Shown: positions 18,407 through 28,730, numbered from the stretch's first letter. The stretch is 64,000 bases of DNA from Anaeromyxobacteraceae bacterium (GCA_032654565.1 JAULAX010000007.1:1-64000); one strand, 5' to 3'. Numbers and translations: made by a program. Notes: a model not told the origin generated them from the letters alone.

Positions 18407-19722
18407 CGCTGCTCGAGATCGCCCGGGACGCGGCGCTGCTGGCCCGGCGCCACGGCGCCGACGAGGCGGCCACCGGGGCCTACCGGGCCCGGCAGGTGGA
18501 GGTCTCCTGGCGCGACGGCAAGCTGGAGCGGATCTCCGAGGCCACCACCCGCGGGCTGGGGGTGGAGCTCTACGTCGACGGCCGCTACGCCGCCGTCTCC
18601 ACCAGCGACCTGCGCCCGGCGGCGCTCGACGCCTTCCTGGTCGAGGCGGTGGCGCTGGCCCGCTCGCTGGCCCCCGACCCGCACCGCAGGCTCCCCGACC
18701 CGGCGCTCTACGCCGGCCGGGCCGACCTCGACCTCGAGCTGGAGGATCCCACCCACCCCGACCTCGACGCCCCGACGCGGCGGCGGCTGGCCGAGGCGCT
18801 GGAGGTGGCGGCGCGGGCGGCGCCGGGAGGCGAGCGGATCCAGTCGGTCTCCACCGGCGCCTGGGACGGGGCCAGCGAGGGGGCCTACTTCGCCACCAAC
18901 GGCTTCGAGGGGGTGAAGCGCGGCACCGACTTCTGGCTCTCCGCCGAGGTGGCGGTGCGCGATCCCGACGGCCGCCGCCCCGAGGAGTCGGCCGCCAGCG
19001 GCAGCCGCTTCTTTTCGGCGCTGGAGCCGGCCGAGGTGGTGGGCCGCCGCGCCGCCGAGCGGGCCCTGGCCCGGCTGGGGGCCGCCCGGGGCGAGTCGGG
19101 GGTGCTGCCCATGGTGGTGGAGGCCCGCGCCGCCGGCAAGCTGGTGGGTCAGCTGCTCGGCCCGCTCCACGGGGCGCCGCTGCAGCAGCGCCGCTCCTTC
19201 CTGGAGGGGAAGACCGGGGAGGCCATCGGCAGCCCGCTCCTCGACCTGCGCGACGACCCGCTCATCCGGCGCGGCTTCGGCTCGCGCCACTTCGACGGCG
19301 AGGGGCTGGCGGCGGTGGCGCGCCCGGTGGTGGAGCAGGGGGTGCTGCGCAGCTGGTACCTCGACACCTACTACGGACGGAAGCTGGGGTTGCCGCCCAC
19401 CACCGGCCGCCCGTCCAACATCACCTGGCGCTGCGGCGACCGCCCCCGCGAGGCGCTGCTGGCCGGGGTGGGGGACGGGGTGCTGGTGACCGGCTTCCTC
19501 GGCGGCAACTCCAACGGCACCACCGGCGACTTCTCGCTCGGGGTGCGGGGCTTCCGCCTGCGCGGCGGCCAGGTGGCCGAGCCGGTCGGGGAGATGAACG
19601 TCTCCGGCAACCACCGGGAGCTCTGGGGCCGGCTGGTGGCCGTCGGCGACGACCCCTACCCATATTCGTCGCTGCGCAGCCCGACCCTGGTCTTCGAAGG
19701 GGTCCAGTTCTCGGGCGGTTGA
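18403..19722 (+). CDS. pmbA: TldE/PmbA-family protein
   Basis: SRHFDGEG, TGDFSLG, M.VSGN, lacks HExxxH; overlaps tldD. Confidence 0.88.
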   Translation: MTLLEIARDAALLARRHGADEAATGAYRARQVEVSWRDGKLERISEATTRGLGVELYVDGRYAAVSTSDLRPAALDAFLVEAVALARSLAPDPHRRLPDPALYAGRADLDLELEDPTHPDLDAPTRRRLAEALEVAARAAPGGERIQSVSTGAWDGASEGAYFATNGFEGVKRGTDFWLSAEVAVRDPDGRRPEESAASGSRFFSALEPAEVVGRRAAERALARLGAARGESGVLPMVVEARAAGKLVGQLLGPLHGAPLQQRRSFLEGKTGEAIGSPLLDLRDDPLIRRGFGSRHFDGEGLAAVARPVVEQGVLRSWYLDTYYGRKLGLPPTTGRPSNITWRCGDRPREALLAGVGDGVLVTGFLGGNSNGTTGDFSLGVRGFRLRGGQVAEPVGEMNVSGNHRELWGRLVAVGDDPYPYSSLRSPTLVFEGVQFSGG

Positions 19723-19782
19723 TGGCCCCGGACCCACCGTCGCCGCCCGGCCGGGGTGTGGCGGCGGGGGGGCGCCTGCCGT

Positions 19783-20169
19783 ATGAGATCCACCGTGGCC
19801 CGCATCCTCGTCATCGACGACGACTCCGACATCCGCGAGGTCGTCGGAGAAGCGCTCGAATTCGCCGGTTACCAGGTCGCCGCGGCTCGCGACGGGCGGG
19901 AAGGCCTGGCCCTGTGCCGGAGCTTTCGGCCCACGCTGATCCTGCTCGACCTGATGATGCCCGGCATGAGCGGCTGGGAGTTCCGGGCGGCGCAGCTGCG
20001 CGAGCCGTCGCTGGCCGGCATCCCGGTGCTGGTGGTGACCGCCCTCGGCCATGACCCGGACATCAAGGTCTCGGCGGTCCTCGCCAAGCCCTTCCGGCTC
20101 GATGACCTGCTGGCCCACGTCCGCCGCTTCGCCGGCGAGGCCGTGGCGGCCGGCGAACTCCGCCCCTGA
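19783..20169 (+). CDS. single-domain response regulator
   Basis: ILVIDDD, LLDLMMPGMSG, VTA, KPF. Start uncertain (ATG 19783 or GTG 19795). Confidence 0.88.
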   Translation: MRSTVARILVIDDDSDIREVVGEALEFAGYQVAAARDGREGLALCRSFRPTLILLDLMMPGMSGWEFRAAQLREPSLAGIPVLVVTALGHDPDIKVSAVLAKPFRLDDLLAHVRRFAGEAVAAGELRP

Positions 20170-20853
20170 TCAGGGCCCCCCGCCCGGGGCGGCACGTCCA
20201 GCCTGCCGCGCCGCCGCGGCGTCGAGCACCCAGCCGGCCGCCGCCTCCGCCTCCAGCTGCAGGTCGTCGAGCGCCTCGGTGAAGAGGTGGGTGGCGTGCC
20301 GGACCACGGCCACCCGCCGCGGCCCGGACGAGCCCTCCAGCGCCGCCCGCAGCTGTGCCGGGGCGCCGAACTGGTCCTGCTCGGCCTGCACCACCGCCAC
20401 CGGGAGGGGGAGCGCTCGCAGCGGCCCGAGGTCGCGCGGCAGGTCGGGGATGGGCGTGAGCGCCACCCCGGCCAGCAGCAGGCCGAGCACCCCCGGGTCG
20501 CGCGGCCCGGCGGCGAGCGCCGCGAATGCCCCGAAGGAGAAGCCACCGCAGACGCGGGGCAGGGCCGGGTAGCGGCCGGCCAGGAAGGCCAGCGCCGCCT
20601 CGGCGTCGTCGGCCTCGCCGCGCCCCCGGTCGTAGCGCCCCTCGCTCAAGCCCACGCCCCGGTAGTTGAAGCGCAGCGTGACGCCCCCGGCGAGCCGGAC
20701 CCCCCGGGCGAGCCGGTGGACCGCGTGGGTGTGCATGCTGCCCCCCATGAGCGGGTGGGGGTGGCAGATGAGCGCGGCGAAGCGGGGCGTCGCCACCTCC
20801 TCCAGGATCGCCTCCAGCCTGCCATTCGGTCCCGTCAGGTCGATCGCCGCCAT
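20170..20853 (-). CDS. alpha/beta hydrolase
   Basis: CHPHPLMGGSM, LRFNYRGVG.SEG, GFSFG, HLF. Confidence 0.88.
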   Translation of the reverse strand: MAAIDLTGPNGRLEAILEEVATPRFAALICHPHPLMGGSMHTHAVHRLARGVRLAGGVTLRFNYRGVGLSEGRYDRGRGEADDAEAALAFLAGRYPALPRVCGGFSFGAFAALAAGPRDPGVLGLLLAGVALTPIPDLPRDLGPLRALPLPVAVVQAEQDQFGAPAQLRAALEGSSGPRRVAVVRHATHLFTEALDDLQLEAEAAAGWVLDAAAARQAGRAAPGGGP

Positions 20854-20901
20854 GACAATGGATATGCTCCCAACGACAACGCCCCTGCAAGGAGTGGCCG
20901 C

Positions 20902-22281
20902 GTGATCCCACACCGTTCGCTCGTGCTGCTGGCCGCCGCGCAGCTCACCGGCTGCTTCTTCAGCTTCAAGAACCCCTCCGAGGATCTCCGGGCCGGGCAG
21001 GCCAGCGGCACGGTGCTGGCCGACGTGGCCGGCGCCGGCGTCCCCGTCCCCAGGGAGGGCGTGGCGGTCTCCTTGAAGGGCTCGGCCTTCGACCAGGCCT
21101 CGCGCCCCAACGGCCGCTTCGTGGTGCTCGACCTGCCGGCCGGGCGCCACCGGCTGCTCTTCCGCACCGGCACCACCTGGGCGCTGGAGCGCGACGTCGA
21201 CATCGGCTACGGCAGCGACGGCCAGCCGGAGGGGGTCGAGCTGGGCGGCGTGGTGCTGCACTACTCGGCGGCGGTGGAGGGGAGCGTCTCGCTGCCGCCC
21301 GGCAACCTCATCGCCGGCGGCGTGGCGGTGGACGAGAGCAGCGGGATGACGGTGCCGCTGCTGGGGATGACCACGCCGCCCAGCCCGACGGCGCCAATCA
21401 CCTTCCGCTTCCCCATGCTGGCGCTCGGGACCCACCTCATCAAGCTCCACGTGGTCGACACCTTCTCGGGGATCTGGGTGGGCGGCCAGGTGGTGGTCAA
21501 CATCACCGCGGCCGAGCAGGGGACCACCATCACGCTGGCCAACGTGGTGGCCCGGCAGGCAACCTCCCCGGGGGGTCGGCTCCGCTTCCGGGTGCAGGCG
21601 GTCGGCCTGGCCCTGCCACCCGGCTCGCTGACGGTCCTCCTGACGCCCGACCCCGGGCTCAACCCCATCACCCCGGCATCCGACGGCTCGGTGGACGTGA
21701 CAGTCCCCGAGGGGCTCTACGCCATCCACGTGGTGGCGCCGGTCAGCGCGCCGCCGCTCGGGTCGCTGGCGACGGCCGCGGGCGGGGATCCGGCCGGCGT
21801 CGCCCAGCCGCTGGCCGCGCCGGCGCCAGTCCCGACCGTCAGTCCGCCGCCGGTCTACGGCGTGGTGCTGCGGGAGCGGGTGGCCGAGGTCGGCTCGACC
21901 TACGTCACCTCCCAGATCACCGTGCAGGCCTCGATGACCAGCTGCCGGGACAGCGCCGACTGCGGCGGGTTCACCTGCTCCGCCAGCGCTTGCCAGGGGA
22001 TGGTCTCGGCGGGGCCCACGGTCGCCGCCAGCACCCCCTTCTGCCAGCCGTGCCGCTTCGACCCCAACTCCAGCGTCCAGGCCGCCTGCCCGGCCGGCCC
22101 CGGGCTGTCCGGGACCTGCGCCTGCCCGGCCTGGCGCGTGGCCGCCGGGTCCTGCCTGGTGGTCGCCGCGGCGGTCCCGCCCGAGGTGAGCTACTGCATG
22201 CCCAACCCGTCCTGCTTCTCCTGCACGCCGGACGGTCTCGGCACCGTCTCCAGCAAGCCGCCGACGGGAGCCTGCCCATGA
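20902..22281 (+). CDS. lipoprotein with carboxypeptidase-regulatory-like beta domains and Cys-rich C-terminus
   Basis: Lipobox LTGC, GRFVVLDLPAG, 14 Cys in the last ~115 aa. Confidence 0.65.
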   Translation: MIPHRSLVLLAAAQLTGCFFSFKNPSEDLRAGQASGTVLADVAGAGVPVPREGVAVSLKGSAFDQASRPNGRFVVLDLPAGRHRLLFRTGTTWALERDVDIGYGSDGQPEGVELGGVVLHYSAAVEGSVSLPPGNLIAGGVAVDESSGMTVPLLGMTTPPSPTAPITFRFPMLALGTHLIKLHVVDTFSGIWVGGQVVVNITAAEQGTTITLANVVARQATSPGGRLRFRVQAVGLALPPGSLTVLLTPDPGLNPITPASDGSVDVTVPEGLYAIHVVAPVSAPPLGSLATAAGGDPAGVAQPLAAPAPVPTVSPPPVYGVVLRERVAEVGSTYVTSQITVQASMTSCRDSADCGGFTCSASACQGMVSAGPTVAASTPFCQPCRFDPNSSVQAACPAGPGLSGTCACPAWRVAAGSCLVVAAAVPPEVSYCMPNPSCFSCTPDGLGTVSSKPPTGACP

Positions 22282-23414
22282 AGTCGATCGCCCTCGCGCT
22301 GCTGCTCCCGCTCTCCGCGCTCGCCCAGGAGAAGCTCTACGACCCGCCCCTGCCGCCGCCCCCGGTGGCCCGGCCGGCCGCTCCGTCACCCCCGGTGAAA
22401 GCAAAGGCCAAGGCCGGACAGCGCCTGGCGGTGCTCGACTTCACGCTGGCCGGCTCGGTGGCCCCCGAGCTGGCCCGGGTGCTGGCCGACGCCGCCGCCG
22501 CCGGGGCCGCCGCCGCCCCCGGCCTGCAGGTGCTCTCGCAGGGGGACATCGCCGCCATGCTCGGCCTGGAGCGGACCCGCCAGATGCTCGGCTGCACCGA
22601 GGACCAGGGGTGCATGGCCGAGCTGGCCGGGGCCCTCGACTCCGACCGGCTGCTCTCCGGCTCGCTCACCATCCTGGAGCGGACGGCGCTGCTCACCGTG
22701 AAGGTGCTCGACGTCAAGAAGAGCCGCACCCTGGCCCGGGTCACCGCCACGCTGCTCGACGCCAGCGAGCGCGAGCTGGTGGACGCCGCTCGCCGCCTCG
22801 GCCACGAGGCCACCACCGGCGAGCGGCTCGACACCACCGGCGTCATCCGGGTGGCGGTCGATCGCCCCGGCGCCACGGTGACGCTGGACGGCCGCTCGCT
22901 GGGCACGAGCCCGCTCAAGGAGGCGCCGCGGGTGCTGGAAGGCCCCCACTCCATCAACGTGCAGAAGGACGGCTTCGTCCGCTGGTCGACGACGGTGATG
23001 GTGCCGGCCGGCCAGACGGTGCCGGTGGCGGTGGAGCTGGTCCCGGTGCAGCTGCTCGGCGAGGCGGCCCGCTCGCGCCTCTGGACCTGGGGCTGGGTCT
23101 CGGCCGGGGTGGCGGTGGCGGCGTCGGGCTCGGGGATCTACTTCGGGATCCAGGCCAGCCGGAGCTACGACGCCTACAAGGTGGAGACGGTGCGAACCCG
23201 GGCCGTCGACCTGCACGACGAGGCCCAGCAGCGGGCCACCATCTCCAACGTCTCCTGGGCGGTGGCCGGGGCCGGGGCGCTGGCCGCCGGCGGGCTGCTG
23301 GTGGCGGCCATGGTGCAGGACGCCGCCGCGGCGGCCCCGCCGCCCGCCAAGGTGGCGGCGATGCCGGTGCTGGTCCCCGGCGGCGCCATGCTGGCGGTGG
23401 GGGGCACCTTCTAG
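22278..23414 (+). CDS. exported PEGA-domain protein
   Basis: Signal peptide, LAVLDF...ELAGALDSD, PEGA (VTLDG..LG.SP...GPHSINVQKDGF), C-terminal hydrophobic helices. Confidence 0.75.
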   Translation: MKSIALALLLPLSALAQEKLYDPPLPPPPVARPAAPSPPVKAKAKAGQRLAVLDFTLAGSVAPELARVLADAAAAGAAAAPGLQVLSQGDIAAMLGLERTRQMLGCTEDQGCMAELAGALDSDRLLSGSLTILERTALLTVKVLDVKKSRTLARVTATLLDASERELVDAARRLGHEATTGERLDTTGVIRVAVDRPGATVTLDGRSLGTSPLKEAPRVLEGPHSINVQKDGFVRWSTTVMVPAGQTVPVAVELVPVQLLGEAARSRLWTWGWVSAGVAVAASGSGIYFGIQASRSYDAYKVETVRTRAVDLHDEAQQRATISNVSWAVAGAGALAAGGLLVAAMVQDAAAAAPPPAKVAAMPVLVPGGAMLAVGGTF

Positions 23415-24713
23415 GTGGAACCTTCGTTCCGGCTGGCGCTGGAGGCCCTGGCGGCGGTGGGCGCGCTGCTGGTGCTGCGGGCGCTGGCGGCGGCGCTGGA
23501 GGCGGCGCTGGTGGCGCTGGGGCGGCCGCGGGCGCTGGAGCTGGGTGGGGCCGCCGACGCCGGGCGACGGGCCCGCAGCCTGGCGGCGCTGGCGCAGGAT
23601 CCGGAGGGGTCCGGCGCGGTGGTCCGGGTGGTGGAGACGGCCACGGTGGTGCTGGCCGGCCTGCTCTCGGCCACCGCCGGGGCGCTGGTCTTCCCCGAGC
23701 ACTCCCCCTTCGTCGCGGCGCTGCTGCTGGTGATCATCACCGGGCTGGCCTCGCTGCTGCTGTCGGCGGTGGGGCGCGGCCTGGGCGCCGCCCACGGCGA
23801 GGCGGTGGCGCTGGCGCTGGCGGTGCCGGCCCGGGCGCTGCGGGTGGGGCTGCGGCCGCTGGGGCGGCTGGTGGCGGCCCTCTCCGGCGGGCAGGCCCGC
23901 TTCACCCTGCCCAGCCCGCCGCTGGCGGAGATGGAGCGGGCCCTGGCCGAGTACGCCCGCTCGCAGGGGCAGGGGGCCTCCACCAGCGAGCTGATCCACG
24001 CCGTCTTCCAGTTCCGCGAGAAGGTGGCGCGCGACGTCATGGTGCCGCGGGCGGCGGTGCAGGCCATGGAGCTGGAGACGCCGGTGGCGGAGATCATCCG
24101 CCGGGTGGCCGAGGAGGGCCACTCGCGCCTGCCGGTCTACCAGGGGCACCTCGACCAGATCGTCGGCGTGCTCCACGCCCGGGATCTGGTGCCCATGCTG
24201 GCCCACCCCGACCTGATCGTGCTGCGCGACCTGCTGCGCCCGGCCCACTTCGTCCCCTGGTCGAAGCCGGTGGAGCAGCTGCTGCGCGAGATGCAGCGCA
24301 AGCGGCTCCACCTGGCGCTGGTGGTGGACGAGTTCGGCGGGGTGATGGGGCTGTGCACCATCGAGGACGTGCTCGAGGAGATCGTCGGCGCCATCCACGA
24401 CGAGTTCGAGGAGGTGGACGCCGGCCGGGCGGTGGAGCCGCACGCCGACGGCAGCTTCAGCGTGCTGGGGACGGTCTCGATCGCCGAGTTCAACCGCGCC
24501 ACCGGGGCCGGGGTGCCGGAGGACACCGACGTGGAGACGGTGGCGGGGTTCCTCAACTCGCTGGCCGGGGCCATCCCGGCCCCCGGAGACCGCTTCTTCT
24601 GGCACGGCTGGATCTTCACGGTCAGCGAGGCCGACCCGCGGCGGGTGACGCGGCTCCGGGCGGTCCGGGCCCCGACATCGCCCCGGCCGGTCTCCGCCAC
24701 CGGATCGCCATGA
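23415..24713 (+). CDS. hemolysin/CNNM-CBS-CorC family protein
   Basis: DVMVPR, GHSRLPVY, ALVVDEFGG..GL.TIEDVLEEIVG.I.DE, ETVAG. Confidence 0.9.
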   Translation: MEPSFRLALEALAAVGALLVLRALAAALEAALVALGRPRALELGGAADAGRRARSLAALAQDPEGSGAVVRVVETATVVLAGLLSATAGALVFPEHSPFVAALLLVIITGLASLLLSAVGRGLGAAHGEAVALALAVPARALRVGLRPLGRLVAALSGGQARFTLPSPPLAEMERALAEYARSQGQGASTSELIHAVFQFREKVARDVMVPRAAVQAMELETPVAEIIRRVAEEGHSRLPVYQGHLDQIVGVLHARDLVPMLAHPDLIVLRDLLRPAHFVPWSKPVEQLLREMQRKRLHLALVVDEFGGVMGLCTIEDVLEEIVGAIHDEFEEVDAGRAVEPHADGSFSVLGTVSIAEFNRATGAGVPEDTDVETVAGFLNSLAGAIPAPGDRFFWHGWIFTVSEADPRRVTRLRAVRAPTSPRPVSATGSP

Positions 24714-24826
24714 GCCCGCGACTCCTCGACTTTCTCCTGACCGAGGGTAATCTCGTCGAACCCGTCTTTCCCTTCCCAGAGTAGTTCAGGCCGGACCCCG
24801 ACCCCCCACAACGAAGGAACCCGCCC

Positions 24827-25114
24827 ATGTACGCCATCGCCATCATCCGCTACCGCAAGCCGCTGGAGGAGGTCCTCAAGGTGGTCGACGAGCACCGCGC
24901 TTATCTGCGCGACCTGAAGGCCCGCAAGGTGCTGGTCGCCTCCGGCCCGCTCGAGCCCCGCTTCGGCGGCGCCCTGCTGCTCCGGGTGGCCAACGCCGAC
25001 GCCGCCCTGCTGGCGGTCCGCGACGACGATCCCTTCGTGAAGCACGGGGTGGCCCAGTACGAGCTGCTCCCCTGGCTCCCCAACATCGGCCTCGAGGACC
25101 TGGACCGGGCCTGA
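24827..25114 (+). CDS. YciI family protein
   Basis: EHRAYL, ASGP, DDPF. Confidence 0.85.
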   Translation: MYAIAIIRYRKPLEEVLKVVDEHRAYLRDLKARKVLVASGPLEPRFGGALLLRVANADAALLAVRDDDPFVKHGVAQYELLPWLPNIGLEDLDRA

Positions 25115-25121
25115 GCGCGCC

Positions 25122-25547
25122 ATGCCCCGCGTCGAGCTGGCCCTGCCGGCCACCTTCCCCTTCGTCACCGAGATCCCCATCCGCATCTCGGACATCAACT
25201 ACGGCAACCACCTCGGCAACGACGCCGTGCTCTCGCTGGCCCAGGAGGCGCGGGTGCGCTGGCTCGCCGGCCACGGCTGGACCGAGCTCGACATCGCCGG
25301 CCTCGGCATCGTGGTGACCGACGCCGCGGTCATCTACCGGTCGGAGGGCACCTACGGGATGGTGCTGCGCGCCGAGCTGGCCTGGGCCGACGTCCGCTCG
25401 CGCGGCTGCGACCTGCTCTACCGCTTCACCGACGCCGCCACCGGCCGCGAGATCGCCCTGGCCAAGACCGGGATCCTCTTCTTCGACTACCGGGCCCGCA
25501 AGGTGGCCCACCTGCCGGCCCCCTTCCGCGCCGTGGTGGCGGGGTAG
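25122..25547 (+). CDS. hotdog-fold thioesterase
   Basis: RISDINYGNHLGND, EARVRW. Confidence 0.85.
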   Translation: MPRVELALPATFPFVTEIPIRISDINYGNHLGNDAVLSLAQEARVRWLAGHGWTELDIAGLGIVVTDAAVIYRSEGTYGMVLRAELAWADVRSRGCDLLYRFTDAATGREIALAKTGILFFDYRARKVAHLPAPFRAVVAG

Positions 25548-25607
25548 GGGCGCGGCGGCGTCCGCCGACAGGGCAGCCTGCCGGGCGCTGGTGGGCGACC
25601 CCCCAGT

Positions 25608-28600
25608 CTACCCGGCCGCCGCCTCCGGCGCCGCCACCGCGTCGGAGGCCCTGGCCGCCCGGTGGTCCCGGGCGATGAGCACATAGATGGCCGGCACGAA
25701 GAAGAGGGTGAAGGCCGTGCCGATCACCATGCCGCCCACCAGCACCAGGCCGATGCTGTTGCGGGCCGCCGCGCCCGGGCCGGTCACCAGGGTGAGCGGG
25801 AAGTGGCCGCACACCGTGGCCACGCTGGTCATGAGGATGGGGCGCAGCCGGGTCACCGCCGCCTCGCGCACCGCCGCCACCTTGCCCACCCCCTGCTCCT
25901 GGAGCCGGTTGGCGAACTCGACGATGAGGATGCCGTTCTTGGCCACCAGCCCCACCAGCGTCACCAGCCCCACCTGCGAGTAGATGTTGAGGGTGGTGGT
26001 CCAGCCGTCGGTGAAGAAGGGCAGGTTGGGGTTGGGCATCTTCAGGAAGGTGAAGGCCAGGGCGCCGAACATGGCCAGCGGCACCGACCCGGCCAGGATC
26101 ACCAGCGGGTCGCGGAAGCTGTTGAACTGGGCCGCCAGCACCAGGAAGATCAGCACCACCGCCAGCAGGAAGGCCGGCAGGAACTTGTTCCCCTCGGTGC
26201 GCAGCTGGCGCGACTCGCCGGTGTAGCCGAGCGTGTAGCCGGCCGGCAGGATGGCGGCGGCCTCGGCCTCGAGGAACTTGAGGGCGTCGTCGAGCGGGCG
26301 GATGGCGACGCCGCTCAGCTTCACCGAGTTGAGCTGCTGGAAGCGGTTGAGCGAGCGCGGGGTGACGTGCTCGTGGATGGTGGCGATCGAGGAGAGGGCG
26401 ATGAGCTTCCCGCCCGGGCCGGTGACGTGCAGGTCCTTGAGCTGGTCGGGGTTGAGCCGGTCGGTCCGCAGCAGCTGGGGAATGACCTTGTAGCTGCGCC
26501 CGGCCACCGAGAAGCGGTTGACGAAGTTTCCGCCCACCGCGGCGGCCAGGTCCTGCCCCACCTGCTGCAGGCTCAGCCCCATGGCCGCGACCTTCTCGCG
26601 GTCCAGCACGATCTCCGACTGCGGCTGGTCGATCTTGACGTCGATGAGCGGCGGGAAGGCGAAGAGGCCGCTCTTGGCCGCCTTCTCCTGGAGCTGCCTG
26701 GCGAAGCCGAGGATCTCGCTGCTCTCGGCGGTGGAGGCCAGCACCACCTCCACCGGGAAGGTGCCGCCACCAGGGAGCGCCGGCGGCAGCACCGGGAAGG
26801 TCTGGACCCCGGGGATGGCCGCCACCCGCTTGCTCACCTCCGGCAGGATGGCGGTGGTCTTGCGCTTCCGCTCGCTCCAGGGCTTCATCCCCAGCCCCCA
26901 GAAGCCGCCGGTGGGGAGCGTCACCTGGAAGGTGTAGGCCCCCTCCGGCACCTCCATCACCGTGCGGTTGACCTCCTTGGTGGAGGCCACCACCCGCTCC
27001 AGCGTCGAGTCGGAGGGGGTGTTGACGATGCCGAAGATGACCCCCTGGTCCTCCACCGGGGCCAGCTCCTTGGGCGACTGGCTGAACATCACCAGCGCCA
27101 GCAGCGCCACCAGCGCCCAGGCGGTGTAGATGATGGGGCGCATCCCCAGCGCCACGTCGAGGTGGCGGGCGTAGGTGGCCTTGAGCCACTCGAAGGCGCG
27201 GGCGGGGAGCGCCGCCACGCCGGTCGGCTGGTGCCCCTCCTTGAGCAGCCGGGCCGACATCATGGGCGAGAGGGTGAGCGCCACCACGCCGGAGATGGCC
27301 ACCGCCCCGGCCAGGGTCAGCGCGAACTCGCGGAAGAGCGAGCCGGTCAGGCCGCCCTGGAAGGCGATGGGGGCGTAGACCGCCGCCAGGGTGATGGTCA
27401 TGGCCACGATGGGGCCGACCAGCTCGCGGGCGCCCACCAGCGCCGCCTCCACCGGCTTCAACCCCAGCCGGATGTTCCGCTCCACGTTCTCCACCACCAC
27501 GATGGCGTCGTCGACCACCAGGCCGACCGAGAGCACGATGGCCAGCAGCGTCAGCAGGTTCACGGTGAAGCCGAGCAGCTGCATGAGGAAGACGGCGCCG
27601 ATCAGCGAGACCGGGATGGCCACCACCGGCACCAGCACCGAGCGCAGCGAGCCGAGGAAGAGGAAGATCACCAGCACCACGATGAGCAGCGTCTCCACCA
27701 GGGTCTGCACCACGTCGGAGATGGCGCTGCGGATGTAGGTGGTGCCGTCGAAGGCGATGCGGGCCTGGAGCTGCTCGGGCAGCTCCTTCTGGATCGAGGT
27801 CATCTCGGCGCGGATGCGCTTGATGACGTCGAGCGAGTTGGCGTTGGGCAGCGACCAGATGCCGACGAACACCGCGGTCTGGCCGGAGAAGGCCACCGAG
27901 GTGTCGTAGTCCTCGGCCCCCAGCACCACGTCGGCCACGTCGCCCAGCCGCACCAGCGAGCCGGCCTGCTCGCGGATCACCAGCTGCTGGAACTCCTTCA
28001 CCGAGCGCAGGTCGGTGTTGGCGGTGAGGTTGACCTGGACCAGCGCCCCCTTGGTCTGGCCGACCGCGGCCAGGTAGTTGTTGGCGGCCAGCGCCTGGCG
28101 CACCTGGGCCGGGCTGACCCCCAGCGCCGCCAGCCGGTCGGGCTTGAGCCAGATGCGCATGGCGAAGGTGCGGGCCCCGAGCACGTCGGCCCGCTGCACG
28201 CCCTCCACGGCGGTGAGCCGCGGCTGCACCACCCGCACCAGGTAGTCGGTGATCTCGTTCTGCTTCAAGAACTGCGAGGAGAAGCTCAGGTAGGCGGAGG
28301 CGAACTGGCTGTCGGCCGACTCGATGTTGAGGATGGGGACCTGGGCCTCGGGCGGCAGGTCGCCGCGCACCTGGTCCACCTTGGAGCTGATCTCGGCCAG
28401 GGCCCGGGTGGCGTCCTGGTCGAGCCGCAGCCGGGCCCGGATCACCGAGACGTTCTGCCGGCTCTCCGACTCGATGTAGTCGATGCCGTCGGCGGCGGCG
28501 ATGACCCGCTCCAGCGGCGTGGAGATGAAGCCGCGCACCAGCTCGGCGTTGGCGCCGACGTAGACGGTGGTGACGGTGATGGCGGCGTTCTCGCTGCGCG

Positions 28601-28712
28601 GGTACTGCCGCACGTTGAGGGAGCGGACCGCCTGCAGCCCGGCGATGACGATGGCCAGGCTGACCACCACGGCGATGACCGGCCGCTTGATGAAGAGATC
28701 GGTGAAGCTCAT
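25608..28712 (-). CDS. RND efflux permease (MexI/MexW-like)
   Basis: FIKRPV, GLVVDDAIVVVEN, GLVAKNGILIVEF, RLRPILMT; 1034 aa. Confidence 0.95.
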   Translation of the reverse strand: MSFTDLFIKRPVIAVVVSLAIVIAGLQAVRSLNVRQYPRSENAAITVTTVYVGANAELVRGFISTPLERVIAAADGIDYIESESRQNVSVIRARLRLDQDATRALAEISSKVDQVRGDLPPEAQVPILNIESADSQFASAYLSFSSQFLKQNEITDYLVRVVQPRLTAVEGVQRADVLGARTFAMRIWLKPDRLAALGVSPAQVRQALAANNYLAAVGQTKGALVQVNLTANTDLRSVKEFQQLVIREQAGSLVRLGDVADVVLGAEDYDTSVAFSGQTAVFVGIWSLPNANSLDVIKRIRAEMTSIQKELPEQLQARIAFDGTTYIRSAISDVVQTLVETLLIVVLVIFLFLGSLRSVLVPVVAIPVSLIGAVFLMQLLGFTVNLLTLLAIVLSVGLVVDDAIVVVENVERNIRLGLKPVEAALVGARELVGPIVAMTITLAAVYAPIAFQGGLTGSLFREFALTLAGAVAISGVVALTLSPMMSARLLKEGHQPTGVAALPARAFEWLKATYARHLDVALGMRPIIYTAWALVALLALVMFSQSPKELAPVEDQGVIFGIVNTPSDSTLERVVASTKEVNRTVMEVPEGAYTFQVTLPTGGFWGLGMKPWSERKRKTTAILPEVSKRVAAIPGVQTFPVLPPALPGGGTFPVEVVLASTAESSEILGFARQLQEKAAKSGLFAFPPLIDVKIDQPQSEIVLDREKVAAMGLSLQQVGQDLAAAVGGNFVNRFSVAGRSYKVIPQLLRTDRLNPDQLKDLHVTGPGGKLIALSSIATIHEHVTPRSLNRFQQLNSVKLSGVAIRPLDDALKFLEAEAAAILPAGYTLGYTGESRQLRTEGNKFLPAFLLAVVLIFLVLAAQFNSFRDPLVILAGSVPLAMFGALAFTFLKMPNPNLPFFTDGWTTTLNIYSQVGLVTLVGLVAKNGILIVEFANRLQEQGVGKVAAVREAAVTRLRPILMTSVATVCGHFPLTLVTGPGAAARNSIGLVLVGGMVIGTAFTLFFVPAIYVLIARDHRAARASDAVAAPEAAAG

Positions 28713-28730
28713 GTCAGGCCTCGCGGGGCG

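Noticed and set aside
16991..19722. TldD/TldE as part of a RiPP biosynthetic cluster
   Set aside because: No precursor peptide, YcaO or other modifying enzyme nearby; consistent with a housekeeping pair.
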